A stretch of DNA of 64,000 nt from Paecilomyces variotii. Lineage: Eukaryota. Below are positions 52,644-64,000 of the stretch, piece after piece. The stretch lies in the NCBI GenBank assembly GCA_004022145.1, contig RCNU01000001.1. One strand, written 5' to 3'. The notes below the pieces were generated by a model. It was not told where the DNA came from. It ran no database searches and worked only from the letters and a program-made list of their open reading frames with translations. Each line of letters opens with the position of its first letter. The stretch's first letter is position 1. Made by a program: the position numbers and the translations under genes.

Positions 52644-53370
52644 TGTTATGTACCTTGCGGGATCTTATGTCCATATTTGGAGCAGTTTATTGCAATGTCT
52701 TACATTTATAATCTCATTGTCATAACGTTGGACTCCAACCATATACGTCCTCACCATTCATGCTTTCCCACCTTCGGTAAGCTCATCTAGCAGCGTTTAT
52801 CCACATAGATTAGGAATTTCCACATCAAGCAAGAACTTTGAGAAATGCCTGCACAGGTCTTATGATTCTGCAAGGTATACTTAGTTTCTGACAGGAGTTT
52901 GTACTATCGACCCCAACGACATTGTTAACCTTCTGCAGGACCTGGTTACACTGACCACCGAGAACTTGAAAGAAATAAGAACTGCTGAATGCTTCCACGT
53001 GCTCTATGCATATTCCATCTTATTTGTACCCTGTTAAATATACGTTGACGCCTATTCTTCAATACAACGGATCCTCTTGCAGCCCCTCTGCGGGCCGAAC
53101 CCTTGTAGTATAAGTTACATCTCACGAGCAATCAAAACTTGTATGGAGTACATTGCACTACGTCCAGGTACTAAAGGGTAGACCAGTGTCACCAACAAAA
53201 AGGATACCCTTGTGTGCATTTCACAGAAGACCCTGTCGTGACACCATATCACCAATGTGTAACTCCCGTAGCCCCATTAGATATAGGCAGTCCATACTAA
53301 AGACGACAAGACATATCAAGGTTACCTCTAGTGATATCCTCGAACCTCGCAGAACAAATTTATTTCAGCT

Positions 53371-54975
53371 ATGACAGAGTCCAACTTCCGCGTCATTATC
53401 GTGGGTTCCTCAATCGCCGGTCTAACACTAGCTCATTGTCTCCAACGAGCAAATATCAACCATGTCGTTCTTGAACAGCGAGACGAAATTGCTCCTCAGA
53501 TCGGTGCCTCAATAGGCATTCTGCCAAATGGCGCGCGGATCCTTGATCAATTGGGTCTATACAGACATGTTGAGGAACTGGTCGAGCCCCTGGAGGTAGC
53601 TCATATCATTTACCCGGATGGATTCAGTTTCAGTAGTAGATATCCCAAGATTCTTGCTGGAAGGTCTGTATCGTATTTCTCGTTTCTGAGCCTGAATGCT
53701 GATAAGGCTCATTGTGTAATGAAGGTTCGGATATCCAATTGCTTTTCTCGAACGGCAGAAGTTCCTTGAGATACTGTATCGTACGTATCCGGATAAATCT
53801 AACATTCTTCTGAACAAGAAAGTTGTCGATGTGCGCTTTCTTGATCAAGAAGCTTGTGTTGTTACGAACGATGGCTCTACATATACAGGCAACCTTGTGG
53901 TCGGGGCCGATGGAGTGCATAGTCGTATCCGTGCAGAGATGTGGCGTCGAGCAGACAAGAATCATCCTGGGTTGATTACGCATCGTGAGAAAACAGGTTT
54001 GTGTTCGAAACCTCCCTATCTTCTCATAGCTAAGACCAATAGCTGAGAATAATTTCTTGCTAGGTATGAAGACAGAATACGCATGTATATTCGGGATATC
54101 ATCACCTATCGACGGCTTAAAAGCTGGCGAGCAGGTCAACGCGTTCTATGACGGACTGACAATCATCACAATTCACGGGAAAGGCGGTCGTATCTTCTGG
54201 TTTATGATCAAGAAGATGGAGAAGAAATTCACATATCCGGATAGACCACGCTTCCCTCCTGAGGACGTTGAACGCGTTATTGCTACCATAGGTCAATATC
54301 GCATATGGGGAAACATCTACGTCAAGGATCTCTGGGACCGAAAGGAAGTCGTGTCAATGACTCCGTTGGAGGAGAATGTTTTCGAGACCTGGTACTTCGA
54401 TCGTATGGTATTACTCGGTGATAGCGTTCATAAGGTCTGTGTAATATATTCATTCTATACTTGCATTGTTGCTAAGTTTAATGAAACAGATGACTCCAAA
54501 TTTCGGCCAAGGTGCAAACTGCGCAATAGAAGACGCTGCATTACTTGCATCACTGCTAGAGAGCGTCATTCATAACAATGACCATGGGGCTAGTACTCCA
54601 AGAAAGTCATCAGATCTGGAGGATATTGATTCGTTGCTTCGATTATACCAGCAGCGACGATACAGTCGAGTAAAGTCTATCTACCGACAATCCAGGATGG
54701 TTACACGACTGCATGCACGGGATGGCCTTTTCAATATCATAGTAGGCCGGTATTACGCTCCCTACGCGGCCGACTTACCAGCGGATATAGCATCGAGAGC
54801 CATCGCGGACGCGGAAATGCTTCGTTACCTTCCAGTATGCCAACGCTCGGGGCCGGGATGGGCTGAATATTGCAGTGGGCAGCGCACGAATATCCGGTCT
54901 TGGTGGGCCATATTGATCATCATCGCGCTTATCATACTTTGGTCGCGAGGGCTGATCTTCCCTATCATCGTTTGA
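53371..54975 (+). CDS. paxM: FAD-dependent monooxygenase/epoxidase, PaxM/AtmM-like (idtM)
   Basis: [73 protein letters not shown] and [15 protein letters not shown]-terminal TM helix; three introns. Confidence 0.92.
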
Positions 54976-55364
54976 TCGGTTTCAGTCATGGATAGGGAAT
55001 GGCGGTTGATCCATTTCCCAAGTTAATGTTCAATTGGAGCTGCGTTTGTCAATGTTGTACTTTCTGCTATGCATTTTTCAAAGAGTCCAAGGGCTACTAG
55101 AAATATAAATCCAAGAAGACATGGCAATACCGCCTGAGTCTCATTGCTATCGAGATACCCGTCTACATTTCTCAGCAGACAGGAATATAAGTGCTCTAAG
55201 TAAATAGTCTTCCACTTTTCGTTGAATGCCATTTGTCGCCACGAACGCCAGCCATGATATTCGAAACCCAATCAAAATGTGCACTGAAAAACGATAGAAA
55301 CGTAGGTTCTTTCGGTGAGTTGGTATCAAAGGGGAAAAGTCGTCGGTGAGGACACGGTGATCGT

Positions 55365-56476
55365 TTAGACCAAAAGGACTGCGTTCACGGTACCGCTACG
55401 TAATGTTAGTTACTGAAAGGAAAGGAAAGCCATGGAATGGCCAAAACTTACTCCATATCGGGGTTGTTGGAAATCTGGGCCAGCTTTCCCCAAACGACCT
55501 TTCCACCTGCCGTCACGAGTCCCAGTTCGGAGACGTTGACCTCGATGATGGTACCCTTCGTCAAGACTCCGAGCTGGGTGTACATAGGGCTCTGCGGGTT
55601 CTTCTTGACGGAGATGATCGGCAGCTGAACCGTAACTCCCAGTTCCGGGTCTATCGTTTGTCATGCGTCAGCACAGGCTACTCGACTGATGGACTCTGGC
55701 GGGAAAACACTTACGGGTCACATTGGCCTTCTTGTATCGCAGACCCATAGGTCGGATGAAGCGCTCGTACTTGACGGGGCGACGAGTGAAGTCGTTACCA
55801 ACGAAAGTCGGCTTCGTGATCATACGCTTCCAGGACTTCTTGTGCGTCTTCTTTCCGGTAGTGACGACCTTGAACATCTCCTCCTCACTGATACCCTTGA
55901 CCTTAGGCAGGGGCACCGCAAACTTGGCAGCCTTCTCATTTCGCTTCTCCTTAATCGCACTCGACAAAGCCTTGGCATTGGTAGCCTGAGAACGGTCGAG
56001 CAGGTAGTTGGGCAGTGGCGTAGACGAAGGTTCCTCCGGAGCAGACGATTTGACGTTCTTCTCCTCCTGCGCACGGATGCGCTTCTTCATCTGGATCTTC
56101 TCTGCATGGCGCTTCTGCTGGTAGAGCTTAGCTCTCAATCCGCGGAGATTCTGGGCATCCTGAGATTGCTTGTGGGATTCACGGGCGATGCGCTTTCGGG
56201 TGCGTTCCTCGTGGTCGAGGCTTTTTGTTTAGTCAGACTTCGATTGCCATCTCTACATAATAACGCAAACCCTAGAATCATGAAAATATGGAACGTACCG
56301 CTTCCCGTGCTGCTTCTGCCAGCGTTCGATATACCTGTACCAATATCAGTCCTTTGCCCCATGTTTCAGGCGGAGAATATTGGGTTGACGAACTCGTTCT
56401 GAGGCTGTAATTTTCACGAAGAGATTCATTAGCACTACTATCCAGACTCATATAACAAGGCATTAAGACTTACCAT
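55365..56476 (-). CDS. nsa2: Ribosome biogenesis protein Nsa2
   Basis: Spliced [57 protein letters not shown]-terminal VNAVLLV*; five introns. Confidence 0.95.
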
Positions 56477-56968
56477 GCTGAACGAAATGTACCGTCAGCT
56501 GGAATGGGTTGATGATCTCTCTCTGCTGAGATGGCGTTGATGATTAGAAAAATCGTCTTTGCGGGCGAAATCTTGGCATCGATAAAGTCACGTGGTTCAG
56601 ATCTACTGTGCCGCATTGGCGACTGCTATGAGTTTCTTCGACGGCTGGACAGTGCTGCACTATTCAATTCGAACAAGCTTCTCTTAAAAGCTACTGTCAG
56701 CCACTAATTGAGATTTCAAGCACTCATATTTTACGATATACAGTTGATAGCTGTCAAAATCCCCAGCGCTGATAGACACCACGTGATCTCTTCGGCCGGC
56801 GGGGCGGCCACTCGCGCAGTCCGGTCGATTTTCTCGACATCCGGAAATCCAGACAAGCAGATCGATCGAGAGCATTGAAGTTGATTCTACGGCTGGGGAG
56901 CATCGCCGCTTCTACCACTTCCTCCGCCTCTTTCAATCTGGTCTCGACAGGGAGGAATTCACATCGTC

Positions 56969-57760
56969 ATGTTCTCCAGAACCGCTCTTCGGAGCGCATT
57001 CGAAGTGCGATGGACGCCCAGCGTTCTCCCATCCTTAAGTTTTGCTCCGATTCTACCACAACGAGCAGGCCTCCATCAAGCTGCGTCTTCGACGGTCTCA
57101 TCTGAGATCCATCCACACAAGTCTCCAGTGAACCCCTCGAGCCCATTGAGCGCCACGCCGCGAGCGCAGACCTCTCAACCAGAGCATCTACCGGAGCACC
57201 GAGTACCATCCGAGAGCGGCGCGCGTTTTGTCCCAGTGACACGCAACCACATCCCTCCAGAGAAGCTGCCCATTCAGCCGACGTTCACTGCTCCTCTCAA
57301 AATGACCAAGTCCCTCGTCAGCACTCTCCCCCATCTCACTACGCAATCCCCACACTACATCGTCGCACACCTCCATGCGCGACCTTACCTCCTCACGGCT
57401 GGTGACCACCTCCGTCTGCCCTTCCACATGCCGAAAGTCAAGCCTGGTGACATTCTGCGTTTCAACCGTGCTTCTGTTATTGGTTCCCGAGATTTCACGC
57501 TCAAGGGAGCCCCCTATATCGATGAGCGCATGTTCGAATGTCGGGTGCGGGTGCTAGGTGTTGATGCGGAGCCGATGCGAATCAAGGAGAAGACGAAGAG
57601 ACGACAGAGACACACTCAGCACATCCGGAGCAAGCACAAGTATACTCTCATGCGTGTGATGGATGTGAAGGTCAAGAGCGTGGAGGAGCTGCTGGAGGAA
57701 GGCGCCGAAGTGGTTGAGGAAGGTGATCTCGCTTCTGCAACCATGGAGTCTAAGGCATAA
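56969..57760 (+). CDS. Mitochondrial ribosomal protein bL21m (yeast Mrpl49-like)
   Basis: Presequence, then HYIVAHLHARPYLLTAGD.LRLPF...GSRDFTLKG.P.I...EKTKRRQRH...HKYT; divergent from NSA2. Confidence 0.85.
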   Translation: MFSRTALRSAFEVRWTPSVLPSLSFAPILPQRAGLHQAASSTVSSEIHPHKSPVNPSSPLSATPRAQTSQPEHLPEHRVPSESGARFVPVTRNHIPPEKLPIQPTFTAPLKMTKSLVSTLPHLTTQSPHYIVAHLHARPYLLTAGDHLRLPFHMPKVKPGDILRFNRASVIGSRDFTLKGAPYIDERMFECRVRVLGVDAEPMRIKEKTKRRQRHTQHIRSKHKYTLMRVMDVKVKSVEELLEEGAEVVEEGDLASATMESKA

Positions 57761-58207
57761 ATTGAAAACGAAAAGAGAACTATCGGTCAAAATTACCATC
57801 AGTGCATGGAGAAACGATCTGCTTCGACTTCTGTCTACTTTCCCATTTATTCGCGTCATGTCGGAAGACTCGGGGGTCTACCATCCAGGCATGGGCTTGT
57901 GTACTGTACAAATAGATATCGTCCTTATCAGGGTGTATTTTAAACTATTATGATCCATCCACCGCAATCATATCCATATGCAGACATTATCCATCGTGCC
58001 TTTCGAGAATAATTTTTCTCGTCTTTAAAGATCTGTAACCTATATGTCGAGCAAATGAGTACACGACTATACGAGATCGGTTGATAAGTGGAAAGTTAGA
58101 TATTCCTATATACAGAGCGTAGCATAACATCGTCAAAACATAGCAGATGCATCTACACCTATACATGCATAATATATGCAATACCAGAGACATATTTACT
58201 ATTTACT

Positions 58208-60097
58208 CTACCCACTCAGAATATCCTCAGCAATCTTCTCTGCAAGTCCGTAGATCAATGACTGGGGATGTCCCGGAGGCAAGAACGGAAAACTACTCGC
58301 ATCAACAACGCGCAAGTTCTGCACGCCATAAACACGAGCAGAGCTATCTAGCACTGCATTCGTGTCGTTCTTCGAACCCATTTTGCACGTGCACGATGCG
58401 TGGTAGACGGTCGTCATGCTTTGGCCGATGATGTCCTTGATCTGCGCATCGGTGGTGTAGTTCGAGCCAGGGAAGGCCTCTTCAGGATCAGCAATGCCGA
58501 GCTTGGCCAGCTCATCCCAGACTTGGCGCTGGCGCTTGAAGGACTGGACTGCGAGGTCGAGGTCTGCGGGATGAGAGAGCCATTTCGGGTCGATTATTGG
58601 GGGTGTGTTCATATCAGGACCGGCGAGTGTGACTGTTCCACGAGATAAAGGTGCAACAAGGGCAGTATTGACGGTGGCGTAGTTATGGCCGTCGTGAGGG
58701 TCAGCTGTTTGTTTATTGAGGTTGTATCCATTATACGCAGCTACCGGGAGCCATTCGATCTCTGGCCAGTCTGCAGGAAAGGTCGAGAGAGCTTTGATAG
58801 AGCCGTTGGACATGTATGAGCGGTAGGGCTGGGGAAGTTTCTCCCATCCGTAGTAACCCGGCCCAAAGATGGACAGCGGCCCAGTCGCATTATTGAGGTA
58901 GAGCTGGACACTTTGTGCAGCCAGGGTTTTATTGTTGATGCTCGCAGATGCCGTGTTCACACCAACACGGTGGGCAATTCCAAAGATTGGATGATCTTGC
59001 ATATTCTGGCCAACGCCCGGGAGGTCACTGATACAGGAGATACCGAATTCAGAAAGATTGTTGCAGGGTCCAATACCAGAAACCATCAGCAATTGAGGAG
59101 ACTGGAAAGCTCCTGCTGAAACGATGACTTCCTTGCGCGCACTGAGCGTGAAGTTCACAGACGGAGTACCGAAAGTACCGGCAGTCATGACATGCACACC
59201 TGTGGCCGTTTTGTTAGAGTCGAATAAGATCTTTTGCGCCATGGTATTCTTATACACATTGATGTTGGCTCCGGCATTGAGCGCTTCTTGTAAGAAGCTG
59301 GACTCTGAAGTTGACCGGTGTGCATTCTCTGGCTTGATAGTCAGCGTTGCATAGGCGGACCCGAGTAGCTTCCCACTGTTGAAGCCATCGATTTGCTTCA
59401 TGCCGACGTTGATGAATGCCTTTCGTGCCCATGTGCCAAACGGATCCACAAAGTTACTAAATGAAACCTCGAGTGGACCACCAGACGAGCTGAAGGCATC
59501 CGGATCTTGAGTGTTTGAGGAATTATAATACAGGGCCTTGTTTGGACCCGTGTAATGGCAGGATTTCTTATAATATGGAAGCAGGTTATCGAAGGTGTAG
59601 CTCTGGTCGTCCACCTCATCCGCCCATCTCTGCAAGCTATCCACCGTAGCACGCTGATAGAGCATATAGTTTCTGGCGGATGAACCACCCAGTGTCTTTC
59701 CGCGCGCATAATGAACAACTCTATTTGCAGAGTACTTCTGCGGTACAGTGTTGAATCCCCAGTCAATGAGCGGTTGGAAATTGTTAGGATCCGATCCAGT
59801 AAAATAAGTTGCCGAGCCCGGGATAACAGTCAAATTGCTATTATCAAGCTCATAGAAACCGCCTGCCTCGACAACAGCGACACTGGCTGAGCCATTCATG
59901 GCCAACCGCGAGGCTATGGTCAACCCAGCATTACCTCCTCCAACGACGACATAGTCAAAGGTTGCGTTCGTGCCGGGGAGCCCAAAGGAGCTGCCCAGAA
60001 GGGGTCCTAGTTGGCCATAGTCGAGTAGATTGAGGTTCAACTGCGCTGATACCACCGTCGCCGCAGACAGTAGACATAATTGTGAGATTCCCCTCAT
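58208..60097 (-). CDS. Secreted GMC (AA3) oxidoreductase
   Basis: Signal peptide; DYVVVGGGNAG, GKTLGGSSARN, SAGAFQSPQLLMVSGIG, VYHASCTCKMG and LRVVDAS..PGHPQ; single exon, 629 aa. Confidence 0.95.
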   Translation of the reverse strand: MRGISQLCLLSAATVVSAQLNLNLLDYGQLGPLLGSSFGLPGTNATFDYVVVGGGNAGLTIASRLAMNGSASVAVVEAGGFYELDNSNLTVIPGSATYFTGSDPNNFQPLIDWGFNTVPQKYSANRVVHYARGKTLGGSSARNYMLYQRATVDSLQRWADEVDDQSYTFDNLLPYYKKSCHYTGPNKALYYNSSNTQDPDAFSSSGGPLEVSFSNFVDPFGTWARKAFINVGMKQIDGFNSGKLLGSAYATLTIKPENAHRSTSESSFLQEALNAGANINVYKNTMAQKILFDSNKTATGVHVMTAGTFGTPSVNFTLSARKEVIVSAGAFQSPQLLMVSGIGPCNNLSEFGISCISDLPGVGQNMQDHPIFGIAHRVGVNTASASINNKTLAAQSVQLYLNNATGPLSIFGPGYYGWEKLPQPYRSYMSNGSIKALSTFPADWPEIEWLPVAAYNGYNLNKQTADPHDGHNYATVNTALVAPLSRGTVTLAGPDMNTPPIIDPKWLSHPADLDLAVQSFKRQRQVWDELAKLGIADPEEAFPGSNYTTDAQIKDIIGQSMTTVYHASCTCKMGSKNDTNAVLDSSARVYGVQNLRVVDASSFPFLPPGHPQSLIYGLAEKIAEDILSG

Positions 60098-61739
60098 AGT
60101 GTTCGCTGCACCGCGTCTAGGACCCAGACCACGGCTTCGACGAAATCACCACAATGCTTGGGCGTTTCGAAATTGTTCCCACGCAAGAGTCACCGCGGGG
60201 AAGACGCCAGGGATCACAAGCTTGAAAAAACATCGTGCCCAGACGTGGGGAGCTGCAACCTGGAATATATAAAAGAGACTTTGGAATGGACCTCGAGCTG
60301 CGGAGAGATCTGCTATGCCAAATTCCACTTCCGGCTCAAGAGAGCACCGCCCCTCGCGGGAGATATTGTGCCGACGACGCGACGAACCATATCAATCAAC
60401 CAGTCAACTTTCCTCTCATAGGAAGTTTATCTGAACTCCTTCCAGCCCGGTAAAAAGTTCCTTAGAACTGAACACAACAAGGGCGGGTGCGGTACTTGCA
60501 GTCTGTGCAGCATATCCACATGGTCGAAGGTTTAGCCTATGTATGTACCATCCTTGAACCACGCGGTCTGGCGGAAAGATCCGACGGGGACCGTGTCACA
60601 GGCATGGATTTAATATCCCGTCAAAGATCTAATCAATTGGCCCCAAGTGGGCGGTTCACTCTCGATAGGGGTCCAGGAACACTCTGGAACGATTCCATTT
60701 TGTCGCCGATCGATCCGCACTCCCTAGATGGGTAAGTACTAAGGAAAGATTGCTTGCCTTAGAGAGTTTCCCTACAGACCTCTTGGCAAGAATATCAATG
60801 ACGAGGTTCTTTTTTCCACCTCGTCATTGATATTGTTGCCAAGATCAGCCAGCCCCAATTACTCCATCTGCATGGGTATGTCTATCGATGGCGCCGCGCC
60901 GAGTTTCAGTCCGAGGCTGAGAACAAGTTCAGTATCACATATCCAATCAGGGAGGAATGGGACGGAAACCCCCATGTCGAAGCTCCAAGGAAAAGCAAAA
61001 CACTGGGCCAGTGGCAGACTTGGATCGTTGGAACTAGAAAGATTTATCAGAAACGGTGGGTCGATCGGGATGATGCCGATCCTCGATCTTTCGGTGGAGA
61101 AAAGAAACCCAGCCATCGGCGCTTCCGAACGACCAGGGGTGGGAAAGGGCAGAAGAATATAGAAAATAAAGATTTATGCGGGAACTCCTATACGTACTTA
61201 GAAAGGTGGGCAATATGAGTATGTGGTAAGCGGGTTAAGGCTTCAGCATTACGTATTCAATCAGAAATCCAGCAATAGTTCATAACTAGTAAGTACTATG
61301 TAGATGTTATCTACAAGCGAGCAAGTTATTCACATCTGGCCGTATTCAGCAAATTCGTTATCTCTATAGTGTGGCAGGTACTTTCTTATTTGTTGTCAGG
61401 GCAAGCTGATCATATCCAAAGACATACTCCGTACTACATAGTTATTATTATGGTTATACTACGGCGATCGTCCAGGTAGGTCGAGGTGGGTTTTGAGAGG
61501 CCTAGGGACCCCTGGAACTATTATTATTTCTGAAACTTCTATCTTTACAAAATTTGGATTCGTGTACACCCAGCGATTCACTGAAACTATACAAAACCAT
61601 GTCCTATAATTCCTGCGCCAAAACCCCATCCAGTGTACCAGCTCCCTAGTCCCAAGCTATGTTGCCATGCAGATAGCCGATAAAGTCCGTACTGTACATC
61701 ATTTCACGTATATACATCGTTATTATTGTAAGTAGTTAT

Positions 61740-63035
61740 TCATATAGAACTCGTTGTTTGATGGATCTCCCTTTCCAGTCGGATTCCTGAGGGGACAGGC
61801 TCGACCGGTCGTCCAGTGCCATCCTGTCCCACACTAACCTTTGATTTCATACGGCCCTTGGGCCCCGAGTAGATACCGCTGTGCTCGTCCAGGGAGTCAT
61901 CGTCTCCAAGTCCAATAAATCCGGCGGAACTAGTAGTTTGGGTCGATCCCAGGTTAGATAGGTGGATGTTAGTTGACCGTATCCGAGATTGAGAGCCAGT
62001 AGAACTTTCTGTCGCGGTAGTTTTGGAGGTTTCATAGATTCGTCGCACCAGAGGTCTTAACGTTGGAAGACAAGTACAGACGATTCCAACGGACTGTTCG
62101 ATAGAGGACCACATTGCTGTATTAATTGTGGTGTAAGTAGGATCTTTTGGATTGGATTTATTGAATGCAATGATGCGTAGGATAGAGACGACACAGACAC
62201 TGTTGGTTTTTGTTAACGATCATCATGGAATTGAAGCCAGAAAAATAGATCCACTTACAATCCACCGAGAAGAAAGATACCACTAATGACGAACTTTTGC
62301 CTCCAGCTCGCTCTGATCTGCCATGTCATTGAAAGGGGCAGGCAGAGGACCAAAAAGTCCAGCAGCATATTGGTGAACCCATTCCAACGGAAGAAGTTGA
62401 CTTCGTCTATACATTTGCCAGGCTGATGTTTGTTCCAGAAATATGATACCGGCTGGCAGCCCGCAATACAGACGATCATGCAGGCTATGAAATAGCTGAC
62501 AATAATCCCCCCTGATACCCAGAGAGCGTAGCAGAATCCCCTGATAATCCCAAAAATTCGATAATATAGAAGCAACAGAGAGGCTTTCGTAGTGACCGCA
62601 TTGGTGAAATAGGTGACTTGAACTGCAAGAAAGCTCTGCATAGCTACATCAGTTACGTGGAAAAGCGGCTATTTCACGTCACTCATGAAAGAGATGCTTT
62701 ACCTTCTGGAATGACTGAACTTTGTCGGCGGCAAGGAATGCGGCATGGCGACCATAACCATAATGCAACACCTGAACCCATCGTATCGCTGCCATCGCCC
62801 AGTTGACAGCCTGCCAACGGTGTCAGGGATTGATATTGAGGCCTGTCTACTTGAAGGGTCACCATACCAGGGAGGCTAAAATCGTCCAGTCGTCCCACCA
62901 GAGTCCAGCGCTCGCAACGTAACGTGCAGTGAACCGCAAAACCACCGCAAACGTGGCCGGCACCACTGTGGTAATTGTTCCGACCCAGATGCGCCAACTG
63001 ATATCGACATCTTGCTGCAGACCATTTGCAGACAT
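61740..63035 (-). CDS. PTH11-like (SAT4/rhodopsin-domain) integral membrane protein
   Basis: VVLRFTAR..GLWWDDW, TKASLLLLYYRIF, CQPVSYFWNK..GKC, DFLVLCLPL and WSSIEQSVGIVCTCLPTLRP; three introns. Confidence 0.88.
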
Positions 63036-64000
63036 GCTCGGGCAGACTGCTACTGCCTCATCGTTGTCGCAAGGGGTGTCCTTTTTCTTTTTCAAGGAGC
63101 GGCATCGCGCGGGGGTACCTTTACATACATATACAACGAACCCTTTGGCTGGGCCATAACTCTACTTCGGCGGATGAGACCAGCCCTGTGATCCGGCTGG
63201 CCCATCCTCCATAATTCTATGTTTGTCCACCGGCTGAAGTTTCCTCTGGCGATCCTGGCCGGAAACGGCGATTATGGGTGGTCCTTGTCTGGAGACGCGG
63301 GATACCAATGCCTGACAGGCTGAGAGTAAGCTCTGCGATCCCTCGAGGAGTTCACGCCTTAAATGTGGGTCATCGCTTTGCGATCTTTGACTGCTCGAAC
63401 CCAATTGTGTGGGAACTTCATCCAGTGGAACCGAGATCTGCTTTTGTCTGGGGGCCGGAATCGACTCGATGCAACGAAACGCCACAATGTCATGAGCTTT
63501 CGAACCTTTCATTTGGGCAAAAGCAAATGATTAGTGACGGCCTATAGAGACGATGAGGTTAGACTGTCAGGCCAATTTTCCAATTGATTGAAACAAAGCG
63601 AGCTGGAAGTTACCTAAACATGAATTCGCTTCTTTTGGAATATTCCACAACGACCCTACCCTGATTGCGAATGTAGGTCAAGAGGATTATACGGTAAAAT
63701 CGGCATTCCCAAGTGGCAAAACATCTGCGAAGACTTAAGGAAAATCGTATATAGTATACGAGAGAAGGTGATGTTGCAGCCCTCAGCCTCGTGCTGGTAG
63801 CATGCATTAGAAGCCGTTGCTAGGTAATCGGGTCCAAATTCCACATTAAATAGGAGACATGTGCCGATGGTATGGATGAAAATCAAGATAATCCTGTCTA
63901 ACAAATTCACGGCTGTGGCACCACTTGAGCACTCGAGCACGTGCAGAGACAGAGAATAATTTATTCTCCGGGCGAAAGCCGCCATCTGCACTGCTATATG

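Noticed and set aside
56222-56298. Possible C/D snoRNA in an NSA2 intron
   Set aside because: The CTGA coincides with the branch site, the C box is poor and the intron is too short.
55689-56402. 237-aa ORF opposite NSA2
   Set aside because: Antisense shadow spanning NSA2 exons and introns; no motifs.
58208-60097. GMC oxidoreductase as an IDT tailoring enzyme
   Set aside because: Separated from the cluster by NSA2 and bL21m and predicted to be secreted; no evidence of linkage.
1-64000. tRNA, rRNA and CRISPR arrays
   Set aside because: None recognised by eye; eukaryotic sequence with no spaced direct-repeat array. A tRNAscan-SE/Infernal run is needed to exclude small RNAs.

Overview
Filamentous-ascomycete (Eurotiales, Aspergillus-like) genomic DNA with intron-containing genes; exon boundaries were read by eye. 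Most of the window is housekeeping genes: cohesin SMC1, GPC1, LETM1/MDM38, PCD1-like Nudix hydrolase, AMS1 alpha-mannosidase, EAF6, a Ctr copper transporter, an F-box/JmjC protein, eIF4A, an FAH-family hydrolase, NSA2 and mitochondrial bL21. An accessory segment (about 6-22 kb) holds secreted enzymes, transporters, decayed pseudogenes and a MITE. A full-length, RIP-inactivated Fot1/pogo transposon lies at 25.6-27.5 kb. The main find is a compact three-gene indole-diterpene (IDT) cluster at 50.1-55.0 kb: paxC-like prenyltransferase, paxB-like cyclase and paxM-like epoxidase. It sits between two housekeeping genes and has no GGPP synthase or tailoring genes. A second candidate of interest is an intron-containing gene at 46.7-48.0 kb with a Gag major-homology-region-like motif. 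No rRNA, tRNA or CRISPR array was recognised.
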